A stretch of DNA of 63,879 nt, filler included, from Octopus bimaculoides (lineage: Eukaryota), in NCBI RefSeq assembly GCF_001194135.2. It is 5 parts of 5 records of this genome, joined end to end, with 100 filler letters (N's around TTAATTAATTAA, not from the genome) between each part and the next. Parts side by side here need not be neighbours in the genome. Positions count along the whole stretch, not along the records: positions 48,971 to 61,751 come from NC_068992.1; 4 more parts are not named here. One strand, given 5' to 3'. Both the position numbers and the translations under genes were made by a program. Positions 49,910 through 61,516 of this stretch are shown one piece after another (the first letter of the stretch is position 1; every line of letters starts with the position of its first letter). The notes beneath the pieces are model-generated. The model was not told the DNA's origin. It worked only from the letters and a program-made list of their open reading frames with translations, and ran no database searches.

Positions 49910-50028
49910 AAAGATTTGGCTGAAATTTCTTGCATGCCCTGCTACCATATAACAGGTATTTTAGGTCCTTTATTGCAAATAGCTGTTACGTGGTAGCAGG
50001 GCATGTTGGAAATAGCAGCCAAATCTTT
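49910..50028. repeat. Inverted repeat, 46-bp arms, 27-bp spacer (MITE-like/foldback)
   Basis: aaagatttggctgaaatttcttgcatgccctgctaccatataacag (49910-49955) versus reverse complement of 49983-50028 aaagatttggctgctatttccaacatgccctgctaccacgtaacag. Confidence 0.85.
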
Positions 50029-50645
50029 GGAGCTGAGATACGTCGAATGCATTTGAAAAAAATTTTTGTAATGATATTTCCTTGAGATGATCTTTCGCTT
50101 TGACTCTCAGAACTGTTACTTTGATTCTCAGAACTGTCATCCAGATCAGCCGGTTTTGTGCATTAAATACCAGAAAATTTTTTTTATTTATTTACTTTTG
50201 TTTTAAAGTGAAAGATGTATGAACGTGTATAAGAAATGGACATGTGTGTGAGAGAGAGAGAGAGAGAGTGCCACTTACACATTCGTGAGAACACACATGT
50301 TCACTCACTCATTCACTCTCTCTCTCTCACACACAGACACATGCACACGTACATACAAAAAAGATGTATGTACGTATACATGGCAACACACTGCTTCACA
50401 CACACATCTATTTCATATACACATACATACATCTTTCACTTTCTCCTCTCTTTCACTGTAAAACAAATGTAAATAAATAACAATTTTTACGGAAATTAAC
50501 GAACTCCACATGACAAAAGAAAGATCACCATTCACTTGAAAATAAAAAGAACATTAAAATATTGTCTGTTTAAATAAAGCTAAAATATAAATACTTACTG
50601 TACAAACAACTTATATTTTTAAATCACATTCACTTAAAAATATTT

Positions 50646-51365
50646 CTAAATGATTAAAATATTCCTTTCTACTCTAGGCACAAGGCCCAAAAACACGCCC
50701 TCCACATGGACTCTGAGGACAACATTCTCATCCAAGAGTACTCTTTTGGGAAGATTTTCAATGTCCTCGTGGCTGGCTTGAATAATTGCGGAGATACTCT
50801 GCCCGAGCCAATTTTGTGGGACAGAGCATGTAATCTGCAGGAAGGTGATTTTGTCTGTTCTGTTATACAACAGAGCTGCCATCACCTCCCTTGCCTCGAT
50901 TTCCAGTGGTACTTGTGTCACCTTCACTTGAGCCGTTCGCCTCCCCATGTAGGTTGGAAGAAGCACCACCTCCTTTGTTTTTAGGGGACTCACCAAATGC
51001 TCTTGGGTTTCTTGGATTGTCTCAAATCTGGCCTCTACCATGCCATATGGCCAGCCCCTTGCTATGTATTTTATGTCTTTCCATATGGGGGGGGGGGGCA
51101 GACATTTTTCTATTACACTACTGTCAAAGTGTTTGAACTTCTTAGAAGAAGGACAGTATGTTTTAAAAACTACTGTCCTTCTTTTTAAGTTTTCGATGCT
51201 TAGGGAGGGGGATATCTTAATATCCCTACCCTCCTCTTTCATCCTTTCATAAAGCTCAGAGAGCTTATCCACTTTCAAGACTATGTCTTCAGTAGCAACA
51301 GCGGTAACTGCCGAAAACTTCTTCTTCACTGGTTTATTCATTTTTTGAATTAATTTGACCAACAT
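50646..51365 (-). CDS. LINE ORF1-like (gag-like nucleic-acid-binding) protein, 239 aa, C-terminally truncated
   Basis: Only long, non-repetitive open frame in the window, with an ATG start. The pattern RRTVVF..IEKCL..IKYIARG..YG.VE..F..LLPTYMGRRTAQVKV..VP.EI..LRVHVEG resembles L1/Tx1-type ORF1 from my recollection of invertebrate LINEs. The CCHC knuckle expected after VEG is absent. Confidence 0.65.
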   Translation of the reverse strand: MLVKLIQKMNKPVKKKFSAVTAVATEDIVLKVDKLSELYERMKEEGRDIKISPSLSIENLKRRTVVFKTYCPSSKKFKHFDSSVIEKCLPPPPIWKDIKYIARGWPYGMVEARFETIQETQEHLVSPLKTKEVVLLPTYMGRRTAQVKVTQVPLEIEAREVMAALLYNRTDKITFLQITCSVPQNWLGQSISAIIQASHEDIENLPKRVLLDENVVLRVHVEGVFLGLVPRVERNILII

Positions 51366-52015
51366 ACTCGGTCGAACTTAATTCTACACAAAAAATCCCT
51401 GGAAACGGGAAACCTATAATATATATATTTTTTTTCCTTTAAATGAGGACACCAGTTCAAATCTTACTCCCCGCTGGGGGAGGGAGGAGTATAGCAATAA
51501 AGCCTACAATGGCTGAAATTTAATTTTTTCTCGGGAAACCTATAATGTTTTTTTTTTAAAAAAACAGTTCGCAAATAACGCCTACGATGACTGAAATTAT
51601 ATTTTTTCACGTGCTTTTTTTTTTCCCCCAGAAAAATAAACGGGAAACCTATAATGTGTTTTTTTTTTAAACGGTTCACAGTTCACAAATAATGTCTACA
51701 ACGGCTGAAATTACACATGAGGAAACCTATAATATTCTCTTAATGAGGATAACAATTCAAATCCCACCCCCGCTGGGGAAGTGGGGCAACACTAAAGCCT
51801 ACAAGGGCTTTAGCAAAGTTCAATTTTCAAAAACAATAAATGCTGAAATGGCATCGTATACACAATTCCTGTTTCCCGTCACTGAGAAAAAGCACTGAAA
51901 ATTATCACAGTTTAACAATTAAATTCAACAATGTTCGACAATTACAAGAATAATTCCACAGTAACGATTCAATCTTCAACAAGACACTCACCAGCGACAA
52001 AAAACCCGTCCGGTA
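50657..52015 (-). mobile_element. LINE derivative: repeat-containing 5'UTR + ORF1 + SINE-type 3' tail
   Basis: Upstream region 51390-51830 has four GGAAACCTATAAT-anchored repeat units. The ORF ends in ggccttgtgcctagagtagaaagga, also found at family-A SINE ends. Confidence 0.6.
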
Positions 52016-52297
52016 CAGAGAACGGTAAGCAAGCTACTTACCACACAACCACTCTTGCACCTATATGGATATATTAAAAATATATAAATATACACTAAAA
52101 ATATATAGGATAATTGATACATTTAAGAATATGTGTGTATATATATGTATATATATATACATATGTGTGTGTGTGTATATATATGTGTATATATATATGT
52201 GTGTATATGTATATATTTGTGTGTATATATGTATGTATATCTATATGTATATATATCTATATATGTGTATATGTATATATCTATGTGCATGTATATA

Positions 52298-52345
<48 letters not shown>

Positions 52346-52346
<1 letters not shown>

Positions 52347-53463
52347 TAACATTAATACCTGTCATTGATCAGGTAATTACTTTTACTGTTTCTTGGGAAT
52401 CACATTCAAAGTATTATTATATATATAATTTACTCCTCCTGTACGTGTGTATTTTATATGAGAAAAACATGTAATAATTGAAGTAGAAAAAAGGTCAATT
52501 TCGTTTTTAAATGTAATGATAGTAATGGCAATTTAAGTTATTGAAGTATTCATATTGCATTAAGAGTGAATAATTCTTTATAAACAATGTTTTTTGTTTT
52601 ATTTTGGGGTGCATAAGCAAAAAGATTTGCTTTTGGTCCCACACATGATGCCCCTATATAATGTTGTCCATGTGAAAAGCATGGTTCTTAAAAACATGTA
52701 ATAATTCAAGAAGGAGAATTGAAAGATTCAGCATGAACGAAGATAGAAAAATCGCTGTATCATATAGAATAGCTTTTACAGAATGCATGTGACTGTGCGA
52801 TAGCACTGAAAAGGCCACAGGTCAAGTAGAACAGCCATTTGTCATGGTTTCTTTTGAGATTTGAATAGGCCGTACGGCCAAGGAGAATTGAAAGATTCAG
52901 TTCGAATCTGAACTAGGGTGAGACTACCCCTACAGATTTAGATTTACTCCTCCTGTATGTGTGTATTTTATAAGAGAAAACATGTAATAATTAAAGTAGA
53001 AAAAAGATCAGTCATACATGTTAAGGTATTGAAGTATTCATGTTGCATAAAGAGTGAATATTTCTTTAGAAACAATGTGTTTTGTTTTGTTTTGGATTCG
53101 CTTTTGCTCTCACACGTGATGCTCCTACATAAAGTTGGCCATGGAAGAGCATGGTTCTTCAAGTTGCAACCCAGCATCATTTAGTGTTTGACCCTGAGTT
53201 TTATTGATGCTCATAGCAAAAGAAAGTGGGATAGGAAATTGTAACAGCTTAAATTGGAATGGGGCATTAAATGGTATAACTGGTGTGCAAGGAATGAAGA
53301 CGGTATCACCTTTACCACAACCAGTGAGAATATTTGCCTCAGTGAAGTTCTTCATAAGTTTGTGCACAGTTAGTGTTGTACCATTGCATAATTTTTGTTC
53401 AGACAAATTAAACAATAGCGTAATAGCTTCTCCTGAATCAGTTTGATTTTGCTGAACAAACAA
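52346..53463 (-). mobile_element. Helitron 3' end (PIF1-type helicase C-terminus), partly duplicated
   Basis: LCNGTTLTVHKLMKNFTEANILTGCGKGDTVFIP..PFQFKLLQFPIPLSFAMSINKTQGQTL..GLQLEEPC/HGQLYVGASRV. A second copy EPCFSHGQHYIGASCVG lies at ~52620-52690. Terminal hairpin tacctg-atcaatga-caggta then TTAG|T at 52346. Confidence 0.9.
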
Positions 53464-53519
53464 ACAAGCTAACGGATAGAATCTCTCTTACATATATATA
53501 TGTTGATAGATGGATAGAT

Positions 53520-55400
53520 ATGTATATGCATCTTAAATTTAGAATAAACAATAAAAATAGAACTAAATTTATACAGGTAGATATTAACTTTTATTCTTCT
53601 ATTAATCCAATCGTGCTTGATAATCCTTTTTTATTTGCTAGAAAAAACTCTAACCTTAGTTTTAAAGAAATTAAAGTAATTTTGGAAGCTCTAAAAGTCT
53701 ACTATTTTATTTGATAAGTACTGGGTACTTATTTACTCCAGATATTAATGGCAGACTGTATAGAGAAGATGTGCTGTTTTTGATTAATAGTCTATCAAAT
53801 AGAAAATTAGATTTGTATAAGAAAAAATTGCATAGTTTTTTTTAAAAGATTTGGTTTATTTATTTCTATTGAAAATGAACATGATTATGTTAATTATTTA
53901 GATGCTAATCTGAACTTGCTACTGGCCAATATTGCCCATATCATAAACCAAACAATAATTTGAAATATATTAACTTTAGTAGTAATCATCCTAAAGCATG
54001 AACTTTCGAGGCAAGTTTCATATTTATCTACCAATGAGGAAATCTTTAAAACAGTAATGCAGAATATTATAATGTGACCCTTAAAAAAGCGGGATATATG
54101 CACAGGATTGTAATAAAAATGAAGACTATAAAAAATATCATTATTGAGTGCTGAGACCCTCTTCTGTCATGACTGACCCTGGGATTGCACCTAGAAAGTT
54201 ACCCTCCTAGGCACAAGTCTGGGCAAGGTTGTTTATGGAAGACCAGCAGTCCCCATGCATACCGGCCTCCCCTCTCCTAGCCACCAGTGTTATCCAAGGG
54301 AAGGGCAAAGGCCAATACAGCTTGGCACCTGTGATGCCGCAACACATTTCTATAGCTGAGTGAACTGGAGCAACGTGAAATAAAGTGTCTTGCTCAAGAA
54401 CACAACACATAGCCCTGTCCGGGATTTGAACTTGCAACCTCACAATCGTAAGCTTGACACTGTAACCACTGAGCCATGCACCTTCACAAAAAAAGAAATC
54501 ATTATAATAATGGTAAATTGGTAGACTATGGAATGTATGGATCTAATTGCATACGTGAGTAATGAAATTAGAATTCATAAATCTCATAAAAATATAAATA
54601 GTAATAAAGTTGATGACGTAATTAATAAATTAACCATTACAGAATCTAAAAATAACCAAAGTAGGAGTGGAATGAAATGTAGTGTAAATGTATATTCTAA
54701 AATCAATACCAATAATGTAGATGCACTAAATCTGTATTATGATAATAATAATGGTAATAGTATGAATAAGAAAAAATGTAGTAATTATAATATTCTGTAT
54801 GAAAATAGGCTTAAGTTTAAGACTTAAACGTATACCCCATATGCAGGTTTTGATACACTTCATACTGTTGATTCTATAAATAGAAATAATATTTAGCTTA
54901 TTATTCCTTATGCAAGACAAACAAAAACTAATTTGGGTAAGCTAAACATTTTAATAAAAGCGAAATAAATATAATAAAATAATTAATAATAGAAAGGCTA
55001 GAATTGGCTTTTCAGTATCTAAAAATTTGTTTAGAATTATCTCTTGAATTAGTAATAAAAAATTGGACATTTTTATAATAACACAAATAAGAATAATTCT
55101 ATTACTGATAATTATGTTGCTAGAACTTGTGATTGTAGATTTAAGGATAAATGTTATTTCAATTATTTTTGTATGTAAAATAACCTTGTATATATCTGTA
55201 GAGTTGAATCTGAAGGGAAAAATCATTTTTACATTGGGTCAACTGAAAATTTTATTAAAAGACGTATTGCAAACTATGAATATACTTTTAGGAACATGGA
55301 TAGGTTGAAAAGTTTGTTTGGAAGTTAAAGGATAGTATGAAATTGTACAACATTAAATGGTAAATACTTAGTTATGCTAGATCTTATAAAATTTTCAAAC
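53520..55400 (+). mobile_element. Degenerate Penelope-like element (RT, linker, GIY-YIG), interrupted
   Basis: GRLYREDVLFLINSLSNRKLDLYKKKLHSFFKRFGLFISIENEHDYVNYLDANLNL (RT), IPYARQTKTNLGK (linker), NHFYIGSTENFIKRRIANYEYTFR (GIY-YIG). A SINE is inserted at 54153. Confidence 0.75.
54153..54484 (-). mobile_element. Near full-length tRNA-derived SINE (family E)
   Basis: Reverse complement begins ggtgcatggctcagtggttacagtgtcaagcttacgattgtgaggttgcaagttcaaatccc; the body matches 16178-16530. Confidence 0.9.
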
Positions 55401-56462
55401 AAAGAAAAAAACAGAGAAACGAGACATGCAACATAAAGAATATTACCCTTCTTCAGTTGTCCCTGCTCCATCTACTTCGCGTTTTGAAGGCAAGGACAAT
55501 ACGCGACTTTGTTGGAACAGCCCTTCCCGCAAAAACAAATTAATTAAAATTTGGAATTTTTTGCTGAGGGTTAAAGTGTAAACAAAAACAGGACAGTGAG
55601 AACAAGGCAGTAAAAGACAGTAAAAACAAGACAGAAAAGTGAGAACAAACGGTAAAGGCTGTTAGGCCAAGATGATAGAAAAATTATTTTGAATGCTAGT
55701 TAGAGAGTGAAAAAATTCACGTCTTCTCTGTAGGAAGACAGGAAATAGAAAGAAAGAATCTTTTTCGTCACGTGTCAGCAACGAGAGAGTCAACGAGGAG
55801 GAGTGAAAGAGGGAATGGTGAAAGGAAGAATAGGGGAGGGTTGGGAGAGAAAAACAGAAAGGATGAAGAACAAGGGAGAGAGATATAGACAGGGAAGTGA
55901 CAACAATAGAAGTAGAGCGCACACTAGAAAATATTAAGATAAAACTTATTTGGAGGCAATGCGTGGCGTTCGATCATATAATAACATATATAATATATAA
56001 CTATATGCATATATCCATACATATATGTACATACCGACATCTATATGTATACATACAAGCATATATGGGTTCAGGACATCACAAAAAATGTTAAACACAA
56101 TGAGAAACGAAAACATAAAGACGATGGTTTGTTGCCAACTTAATGTGGCAGTCCCAGGAAAGGAAGAATGCTACTGCTATTTAGCCCCAGGAAACATCAT
56201 TTCCAGTTGGCTATGTCACACAAGCGTTCTGTGACCTTAAGTTTTCAAACAGGTAGGCATTCATGGAATTCTAGACCTTCGTCCTTATCCCTACATTTGT
56301 CAAAGAAAAAAAGCTCTCCGTTTGAGCCTATTAATAAATTCAGTCATTTTATGTTGCAAAGCTTCCTTGTACATATGCTGAGATGGAATACGAATATTTT
56401 TAGTTGAAATACCCATATAATGCTTCTTCATTATGTACATTTTATTAAAAGTGCTTACAAGT

Positions 56463-56737
56463 TAAATTTTCTTATAAAGTATATTTTAAAGTATACTTCA
56501 CAATATATGGACTGTTTTAAGAAGTGCTCATTGCAGGCTAAATCAAAGGGTAATGGAAATTTTAGAAGGAACAAATCCAGGCAATCAATAGAAATTCACA
56601 ACATAATTTTAAACATACAACGAAATAAATATACATATAAATTTATAAATCCTTCGAGTTAGCTTGCAATGAGCACTTCTTAATATAGTCCATATATTGT
56701 GAAGTATACTTAAAAATATACTTTATAAGAAAATTTA
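56463..56737. repeat. Inverted repeat, 87-bp arms (~90% identical), 101-bp spacer
   Basis: 56463-56549 versus reverse complement of 56651-56737; both outer ends are TA. Confidence 0.9.
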
Positions 56738-56767
56738 TATGTATGTATGTATGTATGTATGTATATA

Positions 56768-56803
<36 letters not shown>

Positions 56804-57285
56804 GGAGATGTACAGGACAAAATACCAAAAGAAGTGTAACTCATCAATTGTCAACTGTTTATTACTCTCTATTTCGAGCTTTCAACGACAAAATAGGAAA
56901 CTTTAAGACAGTAGCATCCAGAAATTTTTAAAATGTAAAGTTTGTGGAGAGTTAGGGCTTCGAATGAACAAACAGAAACAGAGTGGGTGTACAGAGTAAA
57001 TGATCGATGAAGACAAACAGTAAGGGCTATTAGGCCAAGATGCACTGCAATGGGTAACACCTGGGGAAAATGTTTAAAGGATATAGTATAAATATAAATA
57101 GAAGAGAAGAAAATAGCAGAAGAGAAAATATGTTGGGTGGTAAGAGAAATGACATCCAGCTAGGTGGATGTGGCATCCAGAAAAGATAGAGGTGAGAGAA
57201 ATGGCCTGAAGTTACATGTGAGCAAATAGGCAAAGGGGAAGGGGATAAGAGAAAGAAACAATGGGAGTGAGGATAAGGGAGAATG

Positions 57286-57332
<47 letters not shown>

Positions 57333-57349
57333 AATGGTGAAATGAGTGC

Positions 57350-57990
57350 TCAACACCGCATTGGTGAATCTATAATTTCTTTATTTGTGAATTAAGGCTA
57401 CCATTGGTTTCATGTTAAGATAAGTAGGAAAATATCCTAGTGTCTTAACAATTTTTCAAGCCGATCACATGGAGAAAGGTGTTCATCTCCATTTTGGAAA
57501 ACAGTCTTTGCTTTGTCATGGGATTTCTCATAAATTCACATGAATGAAACAATGAATGAAGGTACTTTAGTCTAGAGTGGCATCTTTTGGAGTTTGTCTC
57601 CCTTGGATTTGTGTTTTCGGTAAATTTTGTTATGGTTAATCATTTCACATTATTTGTTTTTGTTCTAGGCATGGTATTCTTCTACTTGTATGTTGAGGTA
57701 GTGTGTCATTGGAGCATATTTCTATGTGTGAAGTTTGTGTGCTATATGTGTTCCTGTTTAAGAAAGGGGCTATCCTGGCAGGGTTACCCTCGTTTATAGG
57801 GGATCTTCTTTGAAATATTTGAGTGTAAAATATTGCTTGTGCATTCAGAGAGAGAAGGTTTCATCCCTAATGTGTAGGATGTTATCTGTTGATTGTATAA
57901 TGTTTATTTTTTCAGTAATATAGAATTCACATTTGGTATCCTGTCCTCTGTATTTTTTGGCCAAAACATACAGAAGAAGGGGTACCAAAT
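57350..57990 (-). mobile_element. Possible very old Penelope-like fragment
   Basis: Strand-biased composition and weak translated resemblance to the PLE RT-EN linker; no clean motif. Confidence 0.3.
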
Positions 57991-58098
57991 ATATATCTAT
58001 ATAGAAGCTAGAAAAAGAAAAAGAAAATTAGAAAAATAATATGTAGTGGGAGAACAAAAAAGTGATGGAAAAAACAAAGAAAGAGAAAAAAAACATAT

Positions 58099-58148
<50 letters not shown>

Positions 58149-58619
58149 GATTTGGAAGTTGGTGTTCCCAAATGGTATCTAACAAATGTTAGATACACAC
58201 ATAAAAATGCACACAAATAAAACAGACATGCATATCTACATAAATACATACATATATACAATAGTAAGACACATGTAGACATACATACAAATATAGAAAT
58301 AAACATAAACATATATATATCTACATACATATATTCACGTCAAGATACATATATACACCATAACATATATATGCATACAACTATATTAAAAACTGTCTGG
58401 TATATTGAATATTAAAATAAGAAAATTAATATAATATAATGAAGTGGAATGTAAATTTTAAAAATATAAACTTAAAAAAATATAAATTTAAAATATCAAA
58501 TCTAAATATCTAAATATGAAAATGAGTTAAAATTTTAACTTTGGCAAAATTTAAATTTAAATTTGCAAAATAGTCAAAGGCTTTCTTAATAGTCAAATGA
58601 TGGCGAAATATGTACCAGC

Positions 58620-60230
58620 ATTGTAATACTAAAAGATGTCTATATTTTAGGTGTAAAAGCCAGATTCAAATGTGAAAGTCAAAAAATTGACCATACAGTA
58701 TTTTTGCAGTTGACATTTTAAACCTTGTAGCGTGCCTGTAGGAATTTAAAAGATCTTGTCTTTGGTTCAGTGAATGCTTATCCTGGAACAGGATGAAGAG
58801 TTTCTCAGAGAAGCACAAATTGCATCTCATCGGTTGCCTATATGCTCCATGTTTGTATGGTGCTGCTTTCTCCAAAATTATCCAGTTGTTATTGAAAGGA
58901 TGGACATCATTTTCCTTCAATAGTCAAACATGTTTTGCAAGACTTATTGCTGTCTAGGGTATCGAAAAGAATTTTGATGGGAATAAAACCTAATCTTGAA
59001 TGAATTTTCCAAGGCTCCTGTGTATGTTTTGTATTATTGTGAGCCATCTATATGTACTCTAGCTTAATAAACTATTCCTTTCTCAAGACATTTTCCTCCT
59101 AACAGACAGCAAGTCTGATCTTAGAATTGCAATTCTTCTGGTTAAATTTGGCACTGTGGTTGCTTCTAATGACTTTCATATTGTACTGATTAATAAAAGA
59201 GGTGAAATTTTTTTAACATGAATAGCTAACCTTCAACGTTCTCCTATTAAAAATTCTATAAAACTTATGGCTAGTTTGAAGATGTTTAGAAACTAGTTTT
59301 AAAAATTCCCTACCTTTATTTGTTTTTACAGCAATGTTAAATGCCGGATTAAACAACAAAACTTTCCTAGTTCTAGTTCTACATCTTCTATTATTGCTAG
59401 TAGTAGTTTGACTATACTGGATCTTCTCCGAGAATCCACTGTTCCTTAATGCATTATTATATGGTGTGGCATTTTGAAACGCAGTCTCATCTGAAGATAT
59501 GGATGATATGTGCTTTCCTGTATTATCAACTAGATTCTAAAGAATTATGGGTGGATGATTTGACTCTTTGTTCATACAAAATAGCTTTCCATTGGGCTTA
59601 CGGTAGAGTTTAAATTTATCTAATTGTAAATCAAAGTTAATATCTAAAAAATCTACATTATTAAGGTTATTTTCTATCATTATCTGTAAGGCCATTCTTT
59701 GGAAGAAACTAATAAAATTCTTCCTAAGTCTATCTAACTCATGGCAGTTTAAATCATGGGTGACTATAAGACCATCATCCCTATATAATCCTGCATCTAT
59801 AAAAGGGAATTCCAGATGCAGGTTATGCAAAATATAAGCTCCTATAAGCATACATAACTTCACTCTACCATATGCCCCCATCAGTACATCAAATAAAGAA
59901 CCCTAACCCTTTTTTAACCCAGCTGGAATCATCGTAGAGAATTCAAGTTATCGATAGTGACATATTGTTTGGTGAGGTTTAATGCTTTAAAAAGTAAAGG
60001 CCTGGATATTGACAGTTAAAAATTGACAATATCAAACTGTGTAAATTTGCAGTTGTGTTTATGGTTAATTCTTTTGAACCATTCTATAACTGACTTGCTA
60101 TTTCCCCAAATCCATAAATTTAATTCTCTATTTAACTTCTTTAAAATAGAATCTAAAACATTTTTGCTAATAATGCCTATTTCAGTTTTATCTGGGTTAA
60201 TTAGTCTATATTTAGAGTTTCTATTGAAAT
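58620..60230 (-). mobile_element. Penelope-like element, pseudogenised RT + GIY-YIG
   Basis: WGNSKSVIEWFKRI..KFTQFDIVNF*..LLFKALN; FDVLMGAYG..LIGAYIL..GLYRDDGL..VDFLDINFDL..LYRKPN..KESNHPP; TYTGALENSFKIRFYSHQNSFRY; WIILEKAAPY..CNLCFSEKLFIL..LNQRQDL. Confidence 0.92.
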
Positions 60231-61516
60231 ATATATATATATATATTTATTTATATGCATATATATATATATATATATATATATTTTATATGCATATATA
60301 TATATATATATNNNNNNNNNNNNNNNNNNNNNNNNNNNNNNNNNNNNNNNNNNNNNNNNNNNNNNNNNNNNNNNNNNNNNNNNNNNNNNNNNNNNNNNNN
60401 NNNNNNNNNNNNNNNNNNNNNNNNNNNNNNNNNNNNNNNNNNNNNNNNNNNNNNNNNNNNNNNNNNNNNNNNNNNNNNNNNNNNNNNNNNNNNNNNNNNN
60501 NNNNNNNNNNNNNNNNNNNNNNNNNNNNNNNNNNNNNNNNNNNNNNNNNNNNNNNNNNNNNNNNNNNNNNNNNNNNNNNNNNNNNNNNNNNNNNNNNNNN
60601 NNNNNNNNNNNNNNNNNNNNNNNNNNNNNNNNNNNNNNNNNNNNNNNNNNNNNNNNNNNNNNNNNNNNNNNNNNNNNNNNNNNNNNNNNNNNNNNNNNNN
60701 NNNNNNNNNNNNNNNNNNNNNNNNNNNNNNNNNNNNNNNNNNNNNNNNNNNNNNNNNNNNNNNNNNNNNNNNNNNNNNNNNNNNNNNNNNNNNNNTATAT
60801 ATATATGCATTTATATATATTTATTCATAACCATATATGTATATTTGTATTCATATATGTATATATATATGTATATATATTTATACTTTATTATATCTCT
60901 GATTTAAATATAAACAGTAGCAATACAGAATCGTAACATATAATTGCCAACCAAGTGTGGCGTCCTATATGGGGCAGTGCTACTGACGTTTATAGCCCCA
61001 GGAAGATATCTTTTTCATATAGGGCACCACACTCGGTTGGCAATTATATATATATATATATATATATGAGAGAAAAGGTTGAGTTCTATGTTATCCTTTA
61101 CTTTGCAGAATTCCAAAGGTCAATTTCTAATAAAGATTCTTCACATTGCTTTGGTAGCTTACTGTAGTAAGTATTTTTCGAATATGAAAATGTGACAAGT
61201 ATAAAGTGTGTTATGAGCATTTATGTAACATGTATCCTATAGAAATTCAACAAATGATTAAAGATGAAGAAGAGAAGGTGTTATAAGTTTTTAAAAAATT
61301 TAATCCATGCATGTGTTCATTTCAAACGGTAATATTAACATGTAAATAAAGTAGTAAAATATTAATTCAATTATAATTATAATTAAATTAATTACATATT
61401 ACTGTTCTTCTCAATCTGAAAAAAGAATACATCAAAAAGAATACATCAGAAGAATGTTATACTTTTACAGAAGACTAGATGGAGTGAGTGTCACATAACA
61501 TATTTGGATACTCTCT

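Noticed and set aside
51390-51830. Repeat-spacer-like pattern suggestive of a CRISPR array
   Set aside because: Eukaryotic context, spacers are themselves homologous and irregular, and there are no cas genes.
55755-55785. Minus-strand ctgacacgtgacgaaa, possible collapsed hammerhead
   Set aside because: Core incomplete; would require assuming deletions I cannot verify.
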